DNA of 64,000 nt from Chiloscyllium plagiosum (taxonomy: Eukaryota), in NCBI RefSeq assembly GCF_004010195.1, contig NC_057751.1:232979-296978 (forward strand). Reading direction: 5' to 3'. This document shows positions 10,301 to 20,400 of the stretch, piece after piece. A program made the translations under genes and the position numbers. The notes under the pieces were generated by a model, which worked only from the letters and a program-made list of their open reading frames with translations, was not told the DNA's origin and ran no database searches. Numbering within the stretch: position 1 is the first letter of the stretch; every line of letters begins with the position of its first letter.

Positions 10301-11824
10301 TCAAGGTGGAATCAGAGCATGGAGTAAATGTCATGGTGAAGGGTTAACACAGAGTGCTGTGGGAGACACTCTGTTAGACAAAGTGCCATTTGAAATTCCT
10401 AACATTTCTCCTGGTTGAGGTAGTGTCTTTGGAATGTGAACCATGCAAGTTGGGATCAGATAAGATTCCACAGTCTCCCATATTCCTTCCAGAGGGATCA
10501 GTGCACCCTGGTTGAGGGGTTTGGATTAGTCAGAGCTCCAGCAATCAAGGACTGAAACAGTGTGAAGCTGGTTCTAGCAGGGAGTCACTCTCACACAGTA
10601 GGAATAAATCTAGATTTGAAATGTTAGCTTGCTCGCGCTCTCCATGTGTGCTGGCTGACCCACTGTGATCTCCAGCATTTGTTGTTTTCACTCTCAGAGA
10701 GCATTTGGTTTCAGGGCTCTCCCTTGGCACAGTTTGGAAGAACAGTAAGTGAAATATACTGGACCAAATAGTTATCCCTCAGTCCACACGACACAAAAAA
10801 GTCAGATGATATGTTCAATTGCTCTTTCTGGGATCTTGCTGTGTGTAAGCTGGCTGCCTTATTTGTTGTATTCGGGACAGCACTGATAAACGTTCCAGAT
10901 CTTAAATCCTTACAGACTTAAGGAACTCACTGATGGTGCTCTGGAAATGTTAATTTCTCAACAAGAGTTCACCATTATTGAGGTTTTGACCTTGAAGAAT
11001 TTCAAACGGGGGGAATTAAAGCAGGTTTTATGCAGTGTTAATGATAGACAAGAAGTAAGATACAAACCCCTTCTTTCCACCAGCCCTGAAAATGTTTATA
11101 TTCTCCCTGCCCTGCCTGCAACAACTTTGAGCTGGGCATCCAAACTCCTGCACAGTGCCATCAGCAGTTTCGATATTGACCTCTCCTACAGGAAGCAGAG
11201 CTGGACAACTTGTCCAGCTCAATTTTCTCAGCTCAGTTCTTAGTGAGCCCTGTGACTATGCTGATTCTGAACTCACCATCTGGGACTGCCCTGGGAATTG
11301 CCAGGTTTGATGACCCTAGCCTGCTCAGCCCCTCACCTTCCAACATTTCAACTTCTCCCACACCATGATGCTGGCTCCGAATTCACATCAAGTCCTACAC
11401 CTACCCATCACCTGCTGTGCCCACCCATCTACTAATGGCTGCTGGTCCAGTGCCACTTCCATTTTTTGACATTGTTACCCGTGGTCCTTACCTCAAGGTG
11501 ACGATTGATGCTGTTAGTGTCTGGGGTCCTCTGAAGCAGACAATGAGACCTCCACACAGCCCCATTCCCGCGGCTGGACAGTGCAGGCTGTGACTGGGCC
11601 AGGGGCCTGAGTAACAAGAGTGAGTGTCGGTGGTTGACTCGGCCAAGCTCAGGCTCCCAGGGTTGATCTGCCTCTCCCCGTTTCCGTGATAATGTTCTCT
11701 GGAGCACTCGCTGCAGGTTCGGATGGACTGGCTCCAGAGGGGGCAGAGGGCTGCTCTGGACACCCCCGTCTGAGTCTTGGCTCATCTCCAGCTCCGACTG
11801 GTACTGAGTAAACTGGGTGGCCAT
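6911..11824 (-). CDS. C8orf58: C8orf58-like (DUF4657) gene, 5 coding exons resolved, terminal exon not resolved
   Basis: Phase-consistent exons 11824-11492, 9267-9106, 9001-8785, 8344-8229, 7026-6911; KYLEQVCRLLDKIADLQ ~ human RYLEHLCLVLEQMARLQ; WGRMREILHRL ~ WDKVKVLLNRI; position downstream of PDLIM2. Confidence 0.8.
7330..8170 (+). mobile_element. Highly decayed CR1 LINE fragment
   Basis: Remnants of WQMQF..KCE-like codons and CR1-like 3' region. Confidence 0.5.
8229..8344 (-). CDS. C8orf58: C8orf58-like exon (GSSVFPLDECDSCQSESKEDL...)
   Basis: tttgcctcacAG acceptor, AAG|GTAACG donor, open frame, phase 1->0 fits both neighbours. Confidence 0.7.
8785..9001 (-). CDS. C8orf58: C8orf58-like exon (ELLQQYCSCG...KRWASDSG...)
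   Basis: ttttctcttccatctAG acceptor, ATG|GTGAGA donor, open frame, phase 0->1. Confidence 0.75.
9106..9267 (-). CDS. C8orf58: C8orf58-like exon, coiled-coil (HKYLEQVCRLLDKIADLQERNSLLKQDK...)
   Basis: (CT)n-rich acceptor, CTG|GTAAGA donor, 162 nt, phase 0->0; DUF4657 core motif. Confidence 0.85.
9520..9841 (+). mobile_element. Penelope-like pLTR fragment, family A
   Basis: Near-identical reverse complement of 3800-4060; carries an intact hammerhead motif. Confidence 0.75.
9755..9789 (+). ncRNA. Minimal hammerhead ribozyme motif (family A)
   Basis: cacCTGATGAaggagcagcgctccGAAAgctagtg, identical to 3854-3888 minus. Confidence 0.75.
9845..10050 (+). mobile_element. 3' end of a LINE (Rex/Babar-like) with (attca)n tail
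   Basis: aagcttttcactgtacctcggtacacgtgacaataaa followed by attca-like repeats. Confidence 0.5.
11492..11824 (-). CDS. C8orf58: C8orf58-like first resolved coding exon (MATQFTQYQSELEMSQDSDGGVQSSPLPP...)
   Basis: ATG at 11824 with an in-frame TAA 6 codons upstream; GAG|GTAAGG donor, phase 0; SQDSDGG..SPL and LQRVLQR resemble human SRDSG..SPL and LGEVLER. Confidence 0.7.
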
Positions 11825-12774
11825 GGGATCCTGGGGGATTTACCACAGACTGACAACTTGTACTGTCCCGTGCCTGAGCTTCACTCCAGACTCTTCCAAC
11901 TGGGACTTGATGATGACTAAAGTCTCTGACAGATCACTTCTGTCTGAGCCGCTCTAAGGATCCATCAGACAGAGGGTTGATGTGTCAACCCAGGGTTCTC
12001 CCATCTAACAGTCCTCCTCCGAGGAACTAGAAACAGCAGAGGGCTGGTAGGCAGCAGGCTGTCGATACATGCAGCTCCAGTCAAATGTTGTGTCCTGAAG
12101 TCACTGCAACCTGGAGAATGTAAATTCCTCAAGGCTGACTGAAATCTTCTGAGCAGGCAGGTCACACCCACAGCATCTTACACAACCCTCCTGCTGTACG
12201 AGAAACACACCCTCAGAGCTGGTCAAACAATCGCTGCTTCATTCACAACCAAAGACTAAGGTTTAACTTCAGAGATTGACAGGGCAGGGAGCATGTGTAG
12301 ACATGTGACAGTGTCACGGAGACAGAAAGGGGTCAGGGCTGACAAAAGGGACTGAGTCAAACAGTAACACGGGGCACGCCTGAGAGCCAGAGTAGAAGCT
12401 CAAGCAAGGACAGATTTTTCAAGAAAGCCAGAAAAAGAAAGAATCAAACAGTGTGTGTGAGAGAGAGAGAAAAAAAAACACAAGAAATAGTCGAATGAAA
12501 ATGTGAAGGAAGAGACAGGGAATGTGGGAAAGGAGATAGTGAGTGATAGCCTGTTGATGGATTGGTTAATAGGCAGAAAGCAGAGAGTAGGATTAAATGG
12601 GTCCTTCTCAGGTTGGCAGGTTGTGACCATTTGGCTACTGACTGGATCCCAGCATATCCCCATCTATACCAGAAGTCTGCTGGAATGTGAGGATGTGAGA
12701 TTGAGACTAACTGAGATTGAGCAAGATCATGGTAGATGGGTCTTGGCCTGTATGTACAAGAGAAGGAAGTTGGA

Positions 12775-13100
12775 ATCATACAATCCCTACAGTGCAGAAA
12801 GACGACATTTGGCTCATCAAGTCTGCACTGACCCTTCAAAAAGCATCCCAACTCAGATCTACCCTATCACCGTAACCTGCATTTCCCATGTCACACCCAC
12901 CTAGTCTGCACAATCCCTGGACACTACGGCCAATTCAGCATTGCTAATTCACCTAACCTGCACATCTTTGGACTGTGGGGAGAAACCGGAGCACACCCAA
13001 TCAGACACGGGAAGAATATGCAAACTCCAACACAGTCACTCAATGCTGGAATCCAACCCGATCCCTATTGCTAGGAGGCAGCAGTATGAACTACTAATGT
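12775..13100 (-). mobile_element. HE1-like V-SINE (decayed)
   Basis: Reverse complement of the V-domain (cacatctttggactgtggg..aaaccggagcac) and tRNA-like head. Confidence 0.75.
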
Positions 13101-13411
13101 TGAAATCATCAAAGTCTTAGAGCTGTAGCTTATTTAAATTAGTGTGACAGAAAGTTCCTGAGGGTGAATGGGAATTTGATTTCATTAGGAAAGCTTTACG
13201 AGAGGACAGGGTAAACATTGAAGACCATCATCCTGCTCTCAAGTTGGGAAGATCAGGATTGGTTTTTCTTTGGAGAAAATGAGGATGCAGATGCTGGAGA
13301 TCAGAGTCGAGAGTGTGGTGCTGGAAAAGCACAGGGCGGGGGGGAGGTTTGGAAAGTTTTTGCTTTCAGTTTACAGAAGTCCTGGTTGAAGTTGGATGCA
13401 CGATATAGTTT

Positions 13412-13727
13412 TGCGGTTAGCACTGCTACCTCACAGTGCCAGGGACCCGGGTTCGATTCCCGCCTCGGGCAACTGTCTATGTGGGGTTTGCACATTCTCC
13501 CCGTGTCTGCGTGGGTTTCCTCCAGGTGCTCTGGTTTCCTCCCACAATCCAAAGATGTGCAGGTCAGGGTGAATTGGCCATGTTAAATTGCCCGTAGCGT
13601 TAGGTGCATTAGTCAGGGGTAAATGTAGGGGAATGGTTCTGGGTGGGTCACTCTTCGGAGGGTCGGTGTGGACTTGTTGGGCCGAAAGGCCTGTTTCCAT
13701 ACTGTTGGGAATCTAATCTAATCTCGA
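13412..13727 (+). mobile_element. HE1-like V-SINE (tRNA-derived)
   Basis: B-box gggttcgattccc, V-domain gtgtctgcgtgggtttcctcc, (ctaat)n tail. Confidence 0.85.
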
Positions 13728-13882
13728 AAAGGAGTTAGTTCAGAGAAATTAGGAAATAGAATACACCAGTGCAAGGGATGTTAGTGTGAAGGTTCCAGTC
13801 CTGAAATGTTTGGTTCGAACCTGGAGGGGGTATTTGAATCTTAATGTCTGGAATGGATTGTGCATTCAGGGAAACAAGCCTC

Positions 13883-13918
13883 ATTCCTGAAGAAGGGCTT
13901 ATGCCCGAAACATCGATG
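13883..13918 (+). ncRNA. Hammerhead motif (family B) in a pLTR fragment
   Basis: attcCTGAAGAagggc(ttat)gcccGAAAcatcgatg. Confidence 0.6.
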
Positions 13919-15699
13919 CTCCTGCTACTCAGATGCTGCTGACCTGCTGTGCTTTTCCAATACCACACTTTTCAGCAAAGGAGCAATCAACGTTTGACAG
14001 TCACCTTTGATGCAAGTTTGCTTCCATCATGTGGTCGTATCTGATGCAATGCTCATATTCTCATTTGTAGCATCAGAATCTGAGTGTGGATATCATGGTT
14101 TTGAAGATTCCAACAGACATTTATTGCAACTCACTATTGTACATAAAAATTCCATGCCTTGAGCACCTAGTGACCTGGTGAACCAGGAGGTTACACAGAG
14201 TGACCAACATCCAATCGGGTGTCATGCTTTCTGTAATCTGGCGACTTTCTGAGAAGGCAACTCAGATCTTGAGACCCTTGGGTCACGTGCTTTCACAGGT
14301 GTACTGACCTTGAGACACAATGGCCTGGAGAACTTGCCGTGTATTCTTCACTTACTGTGCAGGTTTCAGGCAGGCTGTCCTGTGCTGTCACCCTCTTCAT
14401 TCAGAAACAGGATGTTACGACAGCTCACCTGACAGAACCGTGTGGAATGTGAAACCTGCTCCAAAAGACAATGGAGCTAATCTCAGTTGATGACACCATC
14501 TGCAGCAGACAATGGGCTCTGGCAATTTAGCCACAAACACTTCATCATTCAAGCACTCAGTCTCTTTATACCTGCTCTATAATTGGATGAAACTCAACAA
14601 TGAATCCTTGATACAGGTGACTCAGCTCTTACTCCAGTCACTGAGCATTTGCTCTATTGTTGGTATTTCCTCTTTGTCACCTTGTTTATGGGATTGGGAT
14701 TGCTGCATGTTTGTACCCAGACTATGCTGAGGATGGGAAAGGGCAAAATAGAACTGTCACCTCTCTCAATGTGAGAATTACAATCATCACTGCAATCAAG
14801 CATTTGATGGCCAGAGTGAGAAATAAAACAGGGATGGGGTAGTAAATTCTGAGACAGAGCGAGAGAGTGGAAGCGAGTGTGAGGGTGTGCATGAGTTTGG
14901 GAGAGTGAGTGTGTGCGCGTGTGCCAGAGACTGAATGTGTGTGTGAAGTTAAAGATCACACAACACCAGGTTATAGGCCAGTAGGTGTGTCTGGAAGTAC
15001 AAGCTTTCAGAGTGCTGCTCTTTCGTCTGGGAGTTGCCTGACCAGGACTTCAAAATGAACCTGTTGGACTGTAACCTGGTGTTGTGAGATTTTTAACTTT
15101 GTCCATCCCAGTCCAACACCGGCACCTCCACATCATGAGTGTGTGAAGACAGTGTGAGAGACTGTGTGTGTGTGCGAGAGAGAGTGTGAGTGAGTGAGAG
15201 AATGAGTGTGAGAGAGAAAGAGAAATGAAACTTGTGCTCAGTCTGACTCTCATGAGCCATAGTTGTAGTCAGAAGTCAGACGACACCAGGTTATAGTCCA
15301 ACTGTTTTATTTGAAATCACAAACTTTCGAAGCGCTGTCTCTTTTGCGCTTAGTTTCTAGCTTCCTTCTCCTCTGAACCTGCTCATAGGTAATGAGTCGG
15401 ATGTGAGTGCTTGCAGGAGCAGAGTTTCTGAGACACATTCAAAGTGGGAAGGGTGTAAACAGCACTTGAAGGTACAGAGAAGGAAGCAGGTACAAACACC
15501 CTCAGCACCTCTCAATCAGGAACCATATAACCAGTGTTTTTGTTTTGTGTGTAGATATTAGAGGACAGGCCCCAATATCAGATCCTGAGCACAAGCTTCT
15601 CCTATAACAGAAATCCAACTTCAAAAACCCCATGATGTGATCATACTGGGATTCATGTGGCCATGGAGATGGTGGATGTTCATGGCACAACATTAGGAT

Positions 15700-15875
15700 T
15701 ACTGTTGTCAACTGGGTCAAAATCCCAAAATTCCCTCCTGAAGGGCACTGTGGGTCGGTCAACCTACAGCACATGGACTGCAGCGGTTCAAGAAGGCAGC
15801 TCACCCCCACCTTCTTAAGTAACAATTAGGGATGAGCAACAAATGCTAGGCCCAGCCTGTGACACGCATGTGTCA
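15700..15875 (+). mobile_element. SacSINE1/partner-LINE 3' end
   Basis: cacatggactgcagcggttcaagaaggcagctcacc..ccaccttct tail, also seen at ~27900 and ~31560 on the minus strand. Confidence 0.65.
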
Positions 15876-17213
15876 CGTGTGAGGAAGAAAACAGTGCCCT
15901 GCAGTCCCAAGATGTGCCAGCAGAGGCTGATAGGGGCCAGCATATGGCACTGGCTGCTATCAATGCCCAGCCACTGGGAGGCGCAGGACTGCAGTCGAAT
16001 AGCTCACGTAGAAACTATCACAGTGAGTAATTTAGGGCAGATTTAGCCAGTGCCATCCCGGGGATGAGGGGGTAGTACATTGGGCCTGTGCTTTCTGCAG
16101 TTTCGAAGATGACAGTCTCAGAGATACATATCCCTGAAGGAGGCATGATACAGTAAGCTCTTGAGAGAGAGGCAGTGAGAGATTACAGGGAAATCGAGAA
16201 CAGGGAGGCAGGGTCTCAGGCTGAGAGGGACAATCACTGCAGATGAAGATGAAGAGAAATCCCAACAGTGATAGGGAGCCTTCCGAATTCTGACACCAAA
16301 GTTGTGCAGGGTCACAGAGTATATTGAGATTGACAGAATGTGGAGCACAAAAAGACATCAGATGGAAAACGTGGATGTGGACCAAAGATTAGCCATGATC
16401 TTACTGAATGGTGGTACAGATTCAGGGGACAGAATGGCCTGCTCCCCACTGTATTTTTCTAACCCTCACCATTGTTGAGTCTGTAACCAGTGAGTCTTTC
16501 CTCAGATAAGATTGCTGGATTCATTTTGGAGAATGAAACACAGAGTTGGGGTGTGTTTGAAAAGACTCAGACCAAGGTATTTAACTCTTTTTCTCAGAGA
16601 CACGATTTCCAATTACACTTTGTAATAAAGCAGATCTAAGCACATAAATATGGGCCCTGTATCATGGTGAGGTGCCAAAGCTCAGGGAATGGTCCTGTCA
16701 GACTGCTCCAAGCACCCTGTGTCTAAAGACCCAGTCTAGAAGCTCTAATAGCTGACCTAGGCTGACCCTCCCAGTATAATATCACAGGAATGTTGTCCTG
16801 CCACATTTCTGGAAAGGACACAAAAACGTACCACCTGCCTCAGGCATATAAATTAACCTCCCAGTGGCAATGGGCAGAATAGGGGAATTAAAGGCTGAGT
16901 GCAGATTATCTGGATGCTATTGCAGTGTTGTCTGTGGGATCTTGCTGTGCGACTGTGACTGCTGTCTCTCCTCAGTGACAGCAGTGCCTGCAATTTGAAG
17001 AGGTGCTACAATCATGAAAGGCCCAAGTGAACGTACATTTCCCTTTTAAATAAAAAAGGTGACACTGTTCACATTCTGCGAGGGAAGAATTACTTCACAA
17101 TGGCTAATCTAAAGAGCCCCAAACAAATCCAGGTCAAAGATTCAGAAAACCTGCAATCTTTGTTTTGTTGTTCGGCTGGGGTCAAAGATTAATCCACAAA
17201 ATGCCATCATTCC

Positions 17214-17219
17214 TTTATT
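17214..17219 (-). terminator. Candidate PDLIM2 polyadenylation signal AATAAA
   Basis: tttatt on + strand ~90 nt past the stop codon. Confidence 0.4.
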
Positions 17220-17307
17220 AAATCAATCAAATAAGCAGGTATTTGACAAAGGGGATCCACACTGGCTGTCTGGAGGGTTTCAGAGGTCAGTCTTGCATCT
17301 GACCAGC

Positions 17308-17476
17308 TCATGAGCTCCCCTCTGCTTCCTGGAACCGTTTCTGAGCATGTTTCTCACAGTACATCTGATCTTGAAACCAGAAATGGCCTCTCATGCTGAG
17401 GTTCAGGCCACAGTCAGTGCAGGCGTAGCACTGCTGGTGCCGGTAACAGCCGTCTCGAATCTTCACCACCTCCGTC
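17308..17476 (-). CDS. PDLIM2: PDLIM2 last coding exon (LIM domain C-terminal part)
   Basis: TEVVKIRDGCYRHQQCYACTDCGLNLSMRGHFWFQDQMYCEKHAQKRF...stop; gtcacAG acceptor. Confidence 0.95.
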
Positions 17477-20400
17477 CTGTGACACGATAGAAATGACACA
17501 ATGACAGAATCTTAAACTGCTGTCCCTCCAGTCACACACCCCTACAGCAGGTCAGGAAAAGTGGGACACCTTCCCTGGCTCATCCCATACAAGTCAAATG
17601 GATTGATCCCAGGCTGCGAAGACAGAGTGGTTTAGTCTGGGATCCAGGAACCATTGCTGATGTGTTATTGAACTGGATCTAGAACAGGCAGCGTGGGTTT
17701 CTTGCTGTTCCCGTGTAGCTTTGTTTTTTGCGCACCCACCTCCTCTTGCCCCTTCCACCTTTGGCTAATTACAATCCCTTGAGCCAAGCTGGACAATACT
17801 CACGTAATGCTTGATCCACATTTCTCACACACACGATATTTGGGCACTGGTGTGTTTGGGGCGGAGGGAGAGAATCTTCCCGGGAACTGAACTACTGCTC
17901 CTGGTCAGGGTAGAGGCGAAGGAGAAAAGGAGACTTTGTCACACCCAGCGAACAACTTTCCTCCCTCCCCAGCTCCACCATCCGTCATATGCTCCCCTGC
18001 TCCTGTAGCCTCTCTGTCTCTTCCACACCATCCTCCTAACATCTCAAAATCTCCCACCTCCACCAGCCAGCTCTGCCCCTCCTCACCGTCCTGGTCTGCA
18101 TCCAGTGCCTCCTGAAGCTGACGGAAACGATTGGATTGTCGAGGAGGTTCCTTTGCAGCTCGGTTCTCCTGGATCATCTTATAAACCTCCGAGTCTTTGT
18201 CGATATGATTTGAGGAACGCCGATCTGGGACCCTGGGGGCAGTGGGACAAATGGGGATGTGGCCAAAAATCAGTCAAAACCCATTTTAATAACTATCTCA
18301 CCACCTGCCCCAGTACCCACTTCACCGCCCACCCACCCGGGCAGCACCCACCTCACTGCCCACCTACCCGGGCAGCACCCACCTCACCACCACCCACCCA
18401 GACAGCACCCACCTCAACACCCACCTACCCGGGCAGCACCCACCTCACCACCCCCCGCCCAGCAGCACCCACCTCACCACCACCCACCCTGGCCGTCTGT
18501 TAAACCTCTTTGGATCAAGCAGCACACAAATAGCTGCAGGTTCAGGAGTAATGGGATTAAAAGTTTGAATCAATATTTGCAAACTGCTTTGCTACAGTGC
18601 ATTTAATAGTAAAAGAGCACAGCTGGTCAGGCAGCATCACAGGAGCAGGAAAATCGACTTTTCGGGCCAGAGCCCTCAATTCCTGATGAAGGGCTCCAGC
18701 CCGAAACATCGATTCTCCTGCTCCTCGGATGCTGCCTGACCTGCTGTGCTTTTCCAGCAACACACTCTCGACTCTGATCTCCAGCATCTGCAGTCCTCAC
18801 TGTCTCCCATTTAATAGTAATACCTCAGCTGAAGTACTGTGAGTAGTTGTAGACACCACATTATAGGAACAAAGTGAGCAGACGAGAGAGTGAGTGTAGA
18901 ACATTACAAGAATGGTTCCAGGAATGAGAAACTTCAGTGATGTTGAAGGAAATTGGGGTGTTCTTCTTAGAGAGGAGGTGGCTGAGAGATTTAAGAGAGG
19001 ATTTTGAAAATCACAAGCAGGCTGGACAGAGTAGATCAGGAGAAAGTATTCACACTGGTAAAAGGAACAAGAACAAGAGGGACATAGATTTAATGCTATG
19101 TGCAAACAAAGCAAGGGTGATGTGAGAAAAAAAACTTGTTCACACAGCAAGTAGTTAGGGTCTGGAGTGCACAGGCTGGAAATGTGGTGAAGGCAGATTC
19201 AGTTGAAGCATTCGGGGGGGGGGCATTAGATGGTTACTTGGATAGAAATAGTGTGTAGGCAAATGGGGAAAAAGCAGCAGAATTGCACAGTGTCATGATG
19301 CTCATTTGGAGAGCCAGTGAAGACCTGATGAGCTGAATGGCCCCCTCCTGGATTCTAACACTTAGGTCAAAAGACCCTTCACAGGAACACAAACGGTTAA
19401 AGTTTGATGTTCACCACATTGAGGCAGATGAGCAAACACCAAGGAGGAAGTCAGCTTTCCAAAAACGCAAATCCGAAAATGAAGGGCCCAAGTCTCTGAT
19501 GGGAGAGGGAATATTGCCTGTGATATCTTGCCGTACTCTGCTCGTCGCAGCCTGCCCCCCAGAATACTATCTGAACCGGCCCCTTTCACATCACTCATCA
19601 ACTGCGAAAAGTCTTTCTCTGGTTGTACAATCTCCTGAGGTAGTGAAAGGTGCTATTGAAAAGCTAGTCCTTATGTTAATGGTGTGTGGCATGCTGCGGA
19701 CACATTGGCACGTACCTGTTGCTCAGAGCGGCAGAGCTGGGAGAGTGTGATCTTTCAGTCCTATGCCTTACCTCCGAGGGACTCGAGTCTGTGGAGTGGC
19801 TCACTCTGGGCACAGAGTAGGAACTGGAGACAGGAGAGAGGCTCCTGCGGACCTGAATCCCTGCTTGGAATCCCTGAAAAAGCAATCAGAAGCAGCAAGG
19901 ATCAAGACACCAAAGCATCAAACCGACTGAGGGCAAGAGGAGAAAGGCCTTTTGCCCCTCACCAGGAGACTGGGAACAAAGAGATATCCTCCATACATTT
20001 GGGCCTTGATGCTCACAAAATTGCTTGTGTCTACGTTAAATCATCCTTCCTCACTGTTTTCAGTGTCTGAGCACCAGCAAGACATCCTGAGACTCAACAG
20101 GAGTCACAGAGATCCAGGGTTACCCCCACTGACATACATAGTCTCTGTCTCTCTCTCTCTCTCTCAGCAGTTCTGCACATCCAGGGTCCTGGGATCACTC
20201 ACCTTCGGCACCATATTTCCCCGAAATGCTGTCTCCTCCTTCTCTTCTGAGCTCCAAGCTGGGGATACAGTCCTGGAATCAAATGAGAATTCAATCCATG
20301 TTCAGCACCATTCGCACCATTGCAGATACTGAAATATTGAAGGGTATTTGGATCCTTGTTTTCCTGATATATATTAATGACGTGGATCTTGATGTATAGG

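Noticed and set aside
13412-13470. tRNA-like A/B-box sequence
   Set aside because: Head of an HE1-like SINE, not a tRNA gene
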